Of a stretch of DNA of 64,000 bases, positions 53,885-64,000 are shown one piece after another. The notes under the pieces were generated by a model. That model was not told where the DNA came from, did not search any database, and was given only the letters and a program-made list of their open reading frames with translations. Origin of the DNA: Octopus vulgaris. Its lineage: Eukaryota. Each line of letters starts with the position of its first letter. Within the stretch, counting starts at the first letter, position 1. Where the stretch lies: positions 19,096,001 to 19,160,000 of the forward strand of contig OX597825.1 in the NCBI GenBank assembly GCA_951406725.2, in the 5' to 3' direction. Position numbers and translations under genes: made by a program.

Positions 53885-54888
53885 ACCGTTTGCATAATTT
53901 TAATTAAACATTTCGGCGACACTTAATACAAACCGCGTTAACATCAGTTTAACTACGTTTCACTGAACTCGTCAATACACTTTATTTCTATTGATTCTCA
54001 TAAAGATTGGTGGAACAGGAAGCTTCATATAAGACGAAGCCCTTTATCTGATCCCAGCTCTGCTGATGAATGTTCGAGTACGTTGTAGATGCACTTCGGA
54101 AGTGCATGAATGTCACAATGTTGTCTGTCTCTAAAAATATGCCATTGGCGTCACTCATAAATAAAGAGATCAATAAATGATTATATTTTAACCAACATAA
54201 TAATACAATTGTAAATAATTGATTGATGTTTCTCATTCATTGACCTCTGTCAAATGGTTATCAGTGCGATCGCCTCAAAGGAATACTGGATTTTTCTATG
54301 CCTCCCACGTAAATTCAGCGATCGACGTCACACATAATGAAAATCTGACAAAAAATATTATAATTCTAAGAAAGAATAAAGCCTATTGTTGAGTGAAGGC
54401 ATTGATAACAGTGAATTTTTTCTATTAATATTCAGCAGTTAAAGAAACAATTGTTTTTTATTGACTCCACAAGAAAAAATAGCTATAGTATAATGGATGC
54501 TTCTATAGCATCTTAGCTGTAACTACAACCACTTTCTTAGTTATTTTATAGAGTTTGCACTCACTCAAATGAATTTTATAATGATTTAAACGTCTACTGC
54601 TTACGATTTGCATGCTGGTTCTTTGCATATGACCAACATGGATTTGGAAGTGACATATTACGTTAAACACATAGATGTATATCAATATTAAATTTTGACT
54701 GCCCCAGATGTAGTCCTACGTAATTATTGATTTGGACAACTACGTTTATCGAACTAGATCTTTTTCAAATGTCCAGAGTTATTCTCAGAGGTAGTAGATA
54801 TGTAAGAGACCAAATTATCAGTGGCGGAGGATACACTGAAAGCGTAGTTGCTTGGATAGGAAGCGGGTAGCCAACATTTACAGGGCTA

Positions 54889-55270
54889 CGAGGTAATATA
54901 AAAAAGTCTCCGCACTAGCTATGTTTAATAAAAAAAAAAAATAACAGTTTTACCGAAGTTTTAACATTATCCTCTTCAAAATAGTCACATTGCGCAGCGT
55001 TCCTGACACTTTTGGAATACGGCCTGGTATTCTTTTTCTGCAAGCGAATCGAGGAGATCTTGTAATTCGTCCTGGATTTCGACGACGGTGTTAAAACGAT
55101 GACTTTTGAGCTGCATTTTCATCATGGGGAAGAGATTGAAGCCCTGAAGGTACTGAATCTGGCAAACAGGGTGGTTGTGGAAGCGACACCATGTTGTATT
55201 TGGGGGGAAAACTCACGAGAAAGGAGAGCTAGCCGACAGGGTGCATTGTCGACTTGCAGAATCCAATTCT
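54889..55270 (-). mobile_element. mariner transposase C-terminal relic with 3' TIR
   Basis: FNLFPMMKMQLKSHRFNTVVEIQDELQDLLDSLAEKEYQAVFQKCQER..DYFE; ta-cgaggtaatataaaaaagt terminus. Confidence 0.82.
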
Positions 55271-55750
55271 TCGCGCTCTCGCTGCACAGATACGCCCGTC
55301 AATTCCCAAGACTAAAAATCTTCAACCAAAAACAGAAAGGAAAAATATCAAAAGTACACACACACAGACATGTATGCACCAGATTTGGTATACTTTTTGG
55401 AAATTGGATCGTACCCAACGAAAATGTGGCCATTAGCCATCGTAGATACACAATTTATTTCCTTGTTTACTGTACATGACTTCATAGTTATGAAATCATA
55501 TAATTTTATTTCAGGCCAATTCATTGCAAATTAGATTGAAGTATCATTTCCGTACCGTGTACTTTCTAAGTACAAACGCGCATACTCGCACACACACAGT
55601 TACACACATGCACGCACGCACACAAACACACACATGCGCCTGTGTGTGTGTGTGTGTGTATATGTGTGTAAATATAATACATATTTGTATATGTACACAC
55701 ACGGACACGGACACACGCATATATATATGCATATATATGTAGTACATATG

Positions 55751-55950
55751 TGGAGGCACATGGCCTAGTAGTTAGAGCAGCGGACCTCGCGGTCGAGGAA
55801 TGTCTATGAGCGAAACACCTAAGCTCCACTCGGCAGTAGGGAATGTCAAAATTCTGCTGACCCTTTCGCAACACCTTTCTCTCTCTCTTTCTTCCTGCAT
55901 CTAGAAGCTCACCTGCGACGGACGAGCGTCCCATACAGGTGGGTAACTTA
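55751..55950 (+). mobile_element. SINE family C, deleted copy
   Basis: ggaggcacatggcctagtagttagagcagcggac. Confidence 0.8.
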
Positions 55951-55954
55951 TACG

Positions 55955-56285
55955 CCAATTTCACACAGCTAAATTTGTTACTGAATGGCACGTGGAACCT
56001 TCTAGTGAAGTTGAACATCTTATCTGGCCACAACAGTCCCCGGATGTCAATATTATTGAAATATATATGAAAAAAAAATAAGTAAGACGTCGATATCCTT
56101 CACCATCATTACTGCAAGAACTGGAGACAGTTTTAGCTGAAGAATGGACAAACGTTCCTTTGGAAACAATTCAGACTTTGTACGAATCCATACCTCGTAG
56201 AATTCAAGCTGTAATTACTGTCAAAGATGGTCCTACCCCATATTAAAATGAATTTGTTTGAAATTTTAAGGTGTTTCCATTATTA
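55955..56285 (+). mobile_element. Tc1-type transposase C-terminal relic
   Basis: WPQQSPDVNIIE..ELETVLAEEWTNVPLETIQTLYESIPRRIQAVITVKDGPTPY*. Confidence 0.85.
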
Positions 56286-56289
56286 TGTG

Positions 56290-56490
56290 TGTGTGTTTGT
56301 ATCTTTGTATTTGTCCCCTACCCGTACTTTCAGTTGTGTCGGTTGTGTTTCCGTCCCTGTAAGCTAACAATTCGTTAAAAAAGAGCCTAATACAATATGT
56401 ACTAGTCTTCAACGAATAAATACTGCGTCCTATTATTCAACCAAATTCAGTGCTCCAGCATGACCGCGGTCCAAAGAGTAAAATAACTGA
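56290..56490 (+). mobile_element. SINE family B, 3' half, diverged
   Basis: tttgtcccc..gtgctccagcatgaccgcgg. Confidence 0.6.
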
Positions 56491-56786
56491 AGAAAAATTT
56501 ATTAAGAAAAAAATACGAAGAAGCATTTGAAGAATACTTGTGAAGTAAGTAATTGTTGAATCTTTCTAGATGAAGATTTGATGTCTTGGTTTTTAGTGCA
56601 GCAGACGACTGGGCAATCGTCGGAATGTTTATTAAAGTACTGAGGAATACGAAAGCAATTCTCTTTCGAACAGATCACAAGTATCCGACGTTCGTCACAT
56701 CAATTTGCTGTTGTTACAGTTATCATTGCTCTTCTCCTTGAACACACACGCACGAACGCATGCACACACACAGACACACACACACA

Positions 56787-56843
<57 letters not shown>

Positions 56844-56903
56844 GTGCATATATATATATATATATATGTGCATGTATGTCTGTTTATGCATGTGCGTATG
56901 TTC

Positions 56904-56982
<79 letters not shown>

Positions 56983-57216
56983 TGTATGTATGTATGCGTA
57001 TATATATTTAGGTAAAGAATGTCTACTTAAATTCACTAACTGATATTCGAAGATACGGAGGCCAACTAACGCAAATATGCTACTTAAAGAAATATCACTT
57101 CAGTACAGATATGTTACGAAACTCAGATTTTGTTGAAGAGTATAACTGTATGGTATATTTTAGCGAGTGTATTCCGCATAAAGAGGTTAATATTTTGCTT
57201 TTGCTACGGAATTCAT

Positions 57217-57987
57217 TTTCTTCTTCTTCTTCTTCTTCTTCTTCTTCTTCTTCTTCTTCTTCTTCTTCTTCTTCTTCTTCTTCTTTTTCTTTTTCTTCTT
57301 CTTCTTTTTCTTCTTTTTTCTTTTTCTTCTTCTTCTTTTCTTCTTCTTCTTCTTCATCTTTTTCTTCTTCTTCTTCATCTTTTTCTTCTTCTTCATCTTT
57401 TTCTTCTTCTTCATCTTTTTCTTCTTCATCTTTTTCTTCTTCTTCATCTTTTTCTTCTTTCTTCTTCATCTTTTTCTTCTTTCTTCTTCTTCTTCTTCTC
57501 TTTCTTCTTCTTCTTCTTCTTCTTCTTCTTTTTCTTCTTCTCTTTCTTCTTCATCTATTTCTTTTGCTCATTAAAAAAAAAAAATTTCTCCTTTTACCAT
57601 TTCTTATTTATCTTCTGCTTCTCCTCCTTCGTCTTCTTCTTTTTCTCCTCTTCCTCCTTTTTCTCTTCTTCTTCATCTTCTTTTCCTTCTTCTTCTTCAT
57701 CATCTTTTTCTTCCCCTTCTTCTTCTTCTTCTTCTTCTTCTTCTTCTTCTTCTTCTTCATTGTTCTTTTCTTTTCATTCTTGTACTCTTTCCTCTTCCTC
57801 TTCTGTTTCTTTTCCTCATTTTTTGCTTTTTCTTCATTCATTTCTCCTGTTACCATTTCTTATTTATCTTCTTCTTCTTCTTCTTTGTTTTCTTTTCATC
57901 TCCTTTTTCTTCTCTTTCTCCTTCATTTACATCTTGCTTTTCTTCCTTTTCTTCTACTTCTCCGCTTTTTTCGCTTCCTCCTTCCTT
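57217..57987. repeat. Long degenerate (TTC)n polypyrimidine tract
   Basis: Direct observation. Confidence 0.95.
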
Positions 57988-60037
57988 TAACATATAACAC
58001 CTTGTATATTGTGAAAACAAAGCCCAATTAATTTGAACACATTCCCTTATAAAACCGATAACTAACAAGGATACCATGCTCAATTGAATACACTGCATTT
58101 CTATCATAAATTTAACGCTCCTGGGAAAATATGATAGTCACAATGTTATTTATCCACTCCCAGATAAGCAAATATGGTTTGTGTAGAAAATAATATATAT
58201 TTTTTATGATAGTATTAAGAGACTTTATTATTACTGTCGTTGTTTTAGCTTCAGGTCATACTAGATTAAGCGGCTATAGCCATCCCAGCTTTTTTCAGGT
58301 AATGTATATTGTTTGATAAGACGGTAATATGTGGTTTCAAAAGAATTTCTTTTCTCTTTGTGACATGTAGACAGTTGGCTCAAAGGATTAGCGGCAGGTA
58401 GGTCATATTAGATTAAACACAATTTGCTTTTGGTAGAATATTACTCCATTATAAATAAGAGAGAGAAAAGATTCAGTAATAACGTTCATGCATTTCTCAA
58501 AGACTTTGAAGTGAAATAATTCAAATATGTACTTATATAAAATCGCCATCTTACTTTACATTGAAATTAATGGCGAACTCGTTATACAGATAGAAATAAC
58601 TTAGAGTGTCTTTAAAATGACTTTGAGATAGAAAAATTGTATATATATATATATTTTTTCAATTATATTGAAAATATTTCAAATAACAACTTATACACTC
58701 TTGGTTATATAAATTATAAAATAGAGCTATAACATTTAGAAAGATACATTTACTAAATATTCTTGTTGCTTATTCATCAACCAGTTTTATCGATTTATTT
58801 GCAGCTTCAAGGAAGATATCAATGGTTCACTGCTTGAGGAATGCCAATAAAATAATGGAACTCCATTAGCGAAGTCATTGACACTTTGTGTCATGTTTTT
58901 CAACTCTTTCATTCTAAACTTTAAGTACAAATTCTTGAAGCAGCCATCATCACATACACACAAACGCATTGATGTCTGATGCGTCAAGAACCACTCCGAT
59001 CGCATATAGCAAATAAGTAAGCAATCCTTGTGGTCACTAACCATGAACTTTTAACTTTTCTACTTATGTTTGGTTTTATACTTACCGATGATAAGTAATT
59101 TCCTTAAATAGTAGACTTCATTTCAGAATTGATGTTTTTATGGCATTAATTCACTCAATCGTGAAGTGAAATCCGTTCTAAGACCGCAATGATACAATGA
59201 ACGTCACCAGCGTTTATTTTCTTTTGAGAAATCTCATTAAAACACGAAACACTCTGTAATTCGGGTGTCATTACTCTATTTAGAGTTAAGGCTTAATGTC
59301 AACTTCAGCAAATTTCAGAGACTTGCTTTTCACTCGTTTAGACGTGCTCGCTTTTATTTTCCTGTATAGGATAGATTTTCATCTAATGTACCTGAGACAT
59401 TGCTTCTCACAAATGTGTGTATATATATATACGAACATACGCACATGCATAAACAGACATGCACACATATATATATGTTTGTATATATATGTGTATGCAT
59501 ATATACATATACATGTGTATATATATATATATATAACCATACATACATATAAAAGTATGTATATGTATACACATACATAGACACATATTTACATACATGC
59601 ATGCATGCATGCATGCATACATAGATACATACATACATATATACATGCATACATACATAGATGCATACATACAAGCAAGCAAACATGCTAATGCATAACT
59701 TTTCACACGCACGATGCTAATATACACACACGAGCTCACAAATATATTTAGATATTTTATAATCACATATATATGCGTGTATATTTGAGTGCGTGCGTGT
59801 GTGTGTGTATGTGTGTGTGTGTGCGTGTGTGTGCATGATTGTATATGTATGAGAAGCAGCCAGATGGAAAAGATATATTTACCTAGCATACCTAAGATCA
59901 AATCAGTTGATTCTCTACATACAAACTTTTTCCATTCAACTGTTGAAATGGGTATCGAAAATATGCATTTTTCCTATAAAACTGCAGCAGATATTATTGA
60001 CCATGTACACCCACACCTCCTAACACGCTCATATATA

Positions 60038-60510
60038 CGTGATTTGATCAATAAGTATCCGGATATTTGCTATGGTGACAATGCTAAAGCACTCTGCTTA
60101 TCAAACAATATACAGTACCTGAAAATAAGCTGGGATAGATATGGACGATTAATCTAGTATGAACTGCAGCTAAAACAACGACAGTAATAATGATGGCTCA
60201 TAATACCATCATAAATAATAAATATTATTTTATATACAAACCATATTTACTTATCTGGGAATGGATAAATAACTTCGTGGCTATCATATTTTTTCCGCTT
60301 AGCACAGATTGACCTTGACTTCTGCTGTGCATGTGCACTATGTTTTCACGTTCTAGCTCACTTCTGCTGTTTACGGCAGTGCTTATATGGAAGGTGCACA
60401 GCATGTTATCATTGCATTGACCATGAAAGAGAAAGCTGAGCATACAATCTGCATCAAATTTTGCCAAAAGCTTAGCGATACCTGCTCTGAGGCCCACACA
60501 ATTTTTTTCA
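60038..60510 (+). mobile_element. mariner 5' fragment
   Basis: TIR ta-cgtgatttgatcaataagtatccgg; MKEKAEHTICIKFCQKL.DT..EA. Confidence 0.7.
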
Positions 60511-60535
60511 AAAATTGTCATCGTTCTTTACACAA

Positions 60536-60650
60536 TCAGTGGGTTCATTCCCACTGCGTGAAACCTTGGGCAAGTGTCTTCTACTATAGCCCCGGGCCGA
60601 CCAAAGAGTTATGCGTGGATTTGGCGGACGGAAACTGAAAGAGTCCTGTC

Positions 60651-60747
<97 letters not shown>

Positions 60748-60948
60748 TGTGTCTGTGTTTGTCCCCCCAACATCCCTTGACAAACGATGGTGGTGTGCTT
60801 ACGTCCCCGTAAGCAAAAGAGACCGATAAAATAAGTACTAGGCTTCCAAAGAATAAGTCCTGGGGTCGATTTGTTCGACTAAAGGCGGTGCTCTAGCATG
60901 GCCGCAGTAAAATGACTGAAACAAGTAAAACAGTAAAAGAGAAAGAGT
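60536..60948 (+). mobile_element. SINE family B, near complete
   Basis: Matches 40533-40934. Confidence 0.92.
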
Positions 60949-60951
60949 AAT

Positions 60952-61534
60952 GAATGAAACCTTGTGTAACTGAGACCCGTGTGTCTTTTTGGTCAGCTGA
61001 AAGCAGTTTTGGCACAATCTCGGCAGACACGCGTCTCATATCCAAATCTTCAGTGATAATGGACTGAACTGAACTGTAACTAATCTGGACATACTCTGAT
61101 AAATCACTGATGGTGATTTGACGAATTTTCCTCACATCTGAGCACACACCCGCGCTGTTTTTCTCAGTTCTGCTGGTTACGGCTCTCCTAGACAGTTTGT
61201 CAATATCGATAATTTTTCGGCCACCTTGGAAGCATCTGAAACACTCGTACTATTGTGTGCAGCTCATACACCCATCTCCATATATTTTCTGCATCTTTGC
61301 ATACGCCTCTAAGCTGTTATCGTGATGACAACTTTCTCTGCCAGGTTCATTGCGACGAGCACACACTATACATCTTACTTCCAGTCACCGCTGCAAACAG
61401 CGGAAACTAGGATTTTAAAACTTAGTGGGCATGCACGACAGAGTTCAAGATCAATCTTTCCCAAGCGGCTTCACTCAGCGTTTTTTACCCTTGTTACTAT
61501 GGCAACAACACGGATACTTATTGATCAGACCTTG
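60952..61534 (-). mobile_element. mariner 5' fragment (HTH domains)
   Basis: EAYAKMQKIYGDGCMS..RQITISDLSEYVQISYSSVQSIITEDLDMRRVSAEIVPKLLSADQK; TIR ta-caaggtctgatcaataagtatccg. Confidence 0.85.
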
Positions 61535-61608
61535 TATGCATTTATTTATATGTGTGTACGTGTATGTTTTATACACACACACACATACTCACGCACACAC
61601 ACACACAC

Positions 61609-61664
<56 letters not shown>

Positions 61665-61669
<5 letters not shown>

Positions 61670-62030
61670 AATAAAATTTATATGTAAAGAAACAAGAATG
61701 TGAAATACGCAAAGGGACGAACACAGAAAACAGACGGGTCATTCGAAGCCTTTAATCTTCAGTCAGAAACCGGATAATCATAGCAAATTTCGGCTGATTA
61801 ATTCTGATATTTGCTCCAACGCGGCCAGCCCCAAGAAAAAACTAAGCTGTGAGCATTAGATTTCTTAGAAAAAGGAACGAATGTAAACGCAACAGGGACG
61901 AATATAAATACAAGAAAACGAAAACAAAAATAAAAACAAGAATGGTTAATAAAAGGATAACAGCAGGTGTCTTACGATTTAGACAAAATGAGACCAATAT
62001 AACTTATCTAGCAGGCGTGTTTGGAAAATT
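61665..62030. mobile_element. (TA)n-flanked non-coding cassette, unclassified
   Basis: Bounded by TA tracts; minus strand has a ctgaaga..cgaa motif without a canonical hammerhead fold. Confidence 0.35.
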
Positions 62031-62040
62031 ATATATATAT

Positions 62041-62154
62041 CCCGTGATCACGTGACCCACCAGATCATCATATGTTGCTACACATCGCTGGTCACAATGC
62101 GTTCGCATTGTTTTAGCCTTCGAATGACGCCGCCCCGCTGGCTAAGGGAACAGG

Positions 62155-62157
<3 letters not shown>
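62041..62157 (-). mobile_element. Solo copy of the SINE-C hairpin tail module
   Basis: Reverse complement of 42985-43090; another copy at 63203-63320 (+). Confidence 0.8.
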
Positions 62158-62212
<55 letters not shown>

Positions 62213-62339
62213 CATATATAAAAAAAGCAGGTTGCCCAGAGAGAGGTGTAAACATTATCAGGGCTTTGCATGAGGATATGACGGCTAGAATTAAATTAGG
62301 GAGTAGGCTCTCTCAATTTTATGGCATGGAAGATTAAGT

Positions 62340-62742
62340 AAACCAAGGAGACATTGATGCACCCTTATCTTTGGAATATAATTTGCTGTTGTGTTGTCAC
62401 ACCCTTTTCAAAACTCCGAGGAGGATATTCACATAATATATCGTACAACAGGTTATGTTTTTAATCTGATCAGACTGAAATTCGAACCAAAGATTTTTAC
62501 TTCACTCATTAATGAATTCTTATACTCTGACGATTGCAATCTAGCCAGTCGCTCTGAAACAGGCCTTCAATCTGTTGCATCTGTATTTGACTGAGCTTGT
62601 GGTAATTTAGGTTTGACCATCAACTTGAAAAAGACAGTTGCAATGTGTCAACCTACACGTGGTATTGTTTGCAACACCCCTAACATTTTCGTAAATGGTA
62701 AGTTACTTGAGGCTTTTGACTCTTTCATCTACCTCGGAAGCT
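62340..62742 (+). mobile_element. RTE (BovB-like) LINE RT fragment, truncated by a family B SINE head (62742-62800, -)
   Basis: YRTTG.VFNL.RLK..EFLYSDDC..GLQ..FD*AC.NLGLTINLKKT..F.YLGS. Confidence 0.88.
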
Positions 62743-62929
62743 GAACCCGGAACCATGTGGCTCGTAAGCAAGTCACTTACCACACAGCCAATCCTACGCC
62801 TAAATTATCATAAACTACACCTTGATTATCATAAACTGAAAATGTTTCCAATTTTTTCCCTATAAACCTGAGTGACACATAAACTTATGGAAACTAAAAC
62901 AATAAAATATTTGTAATTTATTTAATAAT

Positions 62930-63160
62930 CACAATTGAAACAGCTGTAGGAAGTATAAAGTATCATTTCATTAACAAATAATTATTATCTCTGATCCCTT
63001 CATTTTCTTTTCTACTATTAAGCGAATACGGATTATATGCATAATATATACCTACTGATTTAGAGAAATTTTATTTTCCCAAATATATTTCGCATAGAAC
63101 GAGTGTTTTCTTAATGTAACCACTATTTTATGAGGATAATATATCCTCTATTTAACTTAT
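62930..63160 (+). mobile_element. Cassette with hammerhead 3' half and terminal hairpin before (TA)n
   Basis: GAAA-CAGCTG-TA-ggaag at 62937; hairpin gaggata-ata-tatcctc at 63132-63148. Confidence 0.5.
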
Positions 63161-63202
63161 ATATATACAGATGGAGAGCTAGACAGAAAGAGAAAGAGAG
63201 AA

Positions 63203-63320
63203 GCCTGCTTGCCTAGCCAGCGGGGTGGCGTCATTCGAATGCAAGAACGATGCAAAGTGCATTGTTACCAACGAAGTGTGGCAACATCTGGTGGTCTAGT
63301 TCTTCGCGTGATCACGTGAA
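63203..63320 (+). mobile_element. Solo copy of the SINE-C hairpin tail module
   Basis: gcctgcttgcctagccagcggggtggcgtcattcgaa..gtgatcacgtga. Confidence 0.8.
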
Positions 63321-64000
63321 ATGAGTGCACGTGTGAGTGTGTGTAGGTATGCATATGTGTATGAATGCGTGCAAATTCACTAGAAAGGGCATTTTGTTGT
63401 CCAGGTCAATTGTAGAAGGTCTCACACAGTTGGACTAAACGTGTAGCCACTTCGTTGAAAGGCGACCTTCTTCACCACACAACCATGTATGTGTGTGCTT
63501 GTATTTATACAAATATATAGGCACATACATAAATATACACTCAAATATATGCGTTTATCTCTTTATATCTGTCTACCAATGTCTGTGTGTATACACATAT
63601 ATAACGTTCATACACATATATAACGAGATGTAGCTTATAAAACAACATATGTATACTATAAGCTCTTTATAGCAATGCAAAACAATAAAATAAAATAAAA
63701 TAAAAACTGACGTGATATGCGAAAAGTATGATAATATCAACATATATCTATATATTTGCTTCGCTATCTCCCTGCTGCCGTATCTGTCTAAATATCTTGC
63801 TATCTGTTTCAGCTGTCTGTACGTTTATCATTGAAGCCTAAACGGGCGACAAGACAATCTATCGTCTCTAATACAGGTTTCATACTAGTTTAATGCCTCA
63901 TTATTTTGTCATTTTATTTCCTCGATTACTGTAAACCACATATAACTGCTGCATCACAATCCCTGAGTCTATGTCTAATGCACACACACACACACACACA

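Noticed and set aside
53334-53926. Ser/Pro-rich, poly-Leu and poly-Lys ORFs
   Set aside because: Open in all frames because of (TTC)n; they start inside a SINE
57095-58031. 286-306 aa low-complexity ORFs
   Set aside because: Degenerate TTC tract with no coding signal
61733-61765. Minus-strand ctgaaga..cgaa motif
   Set aside because: GAAT instead of GAAA and no stem I; not callable as a ribozyme

Overview
AT-rich eukaryotic intronic/intergenic DNA, extremely dense in microsatellites ((TA)n, (CA)n, (TAA)n, (TTC)n) and transposon relics. The repeat landscape points to an Octopus-like cephalopod genome (inference). No host protein-coding gene can be confidently called; almost all ORF-track entries are microsatellite artefacts. 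Supported content: three tRNA-derived SINE families (about 40 copies or fragments); 3' fragments of CR1-clade, RTE and R4/Dong LINEs; decayed maT (DD37D), mariner, Tc1, Tigger-type and possibly piggyBac DNA elements; old Penelope-like (PLE) ORF relics. The most notable signal is a set of at least six intact or near-intact, sequence-diverse type-I hammerhead ribozyme motifs plus several decayed ones. They sit in short non-coding cassettes next to (TA)n tracts, and include a back-to-back inverted pair and non-canonical core variants, suggesting a PLE/retrozyme-like system. Also notable: a LINE 3' UTR sharing a covarying hairpin tail with a SINE family, (TAA)n-embedded elements, SINE tail swapping and (TA)n-centred palindromes. 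All alignments and folds were done by eye, so boundaries are approximate.
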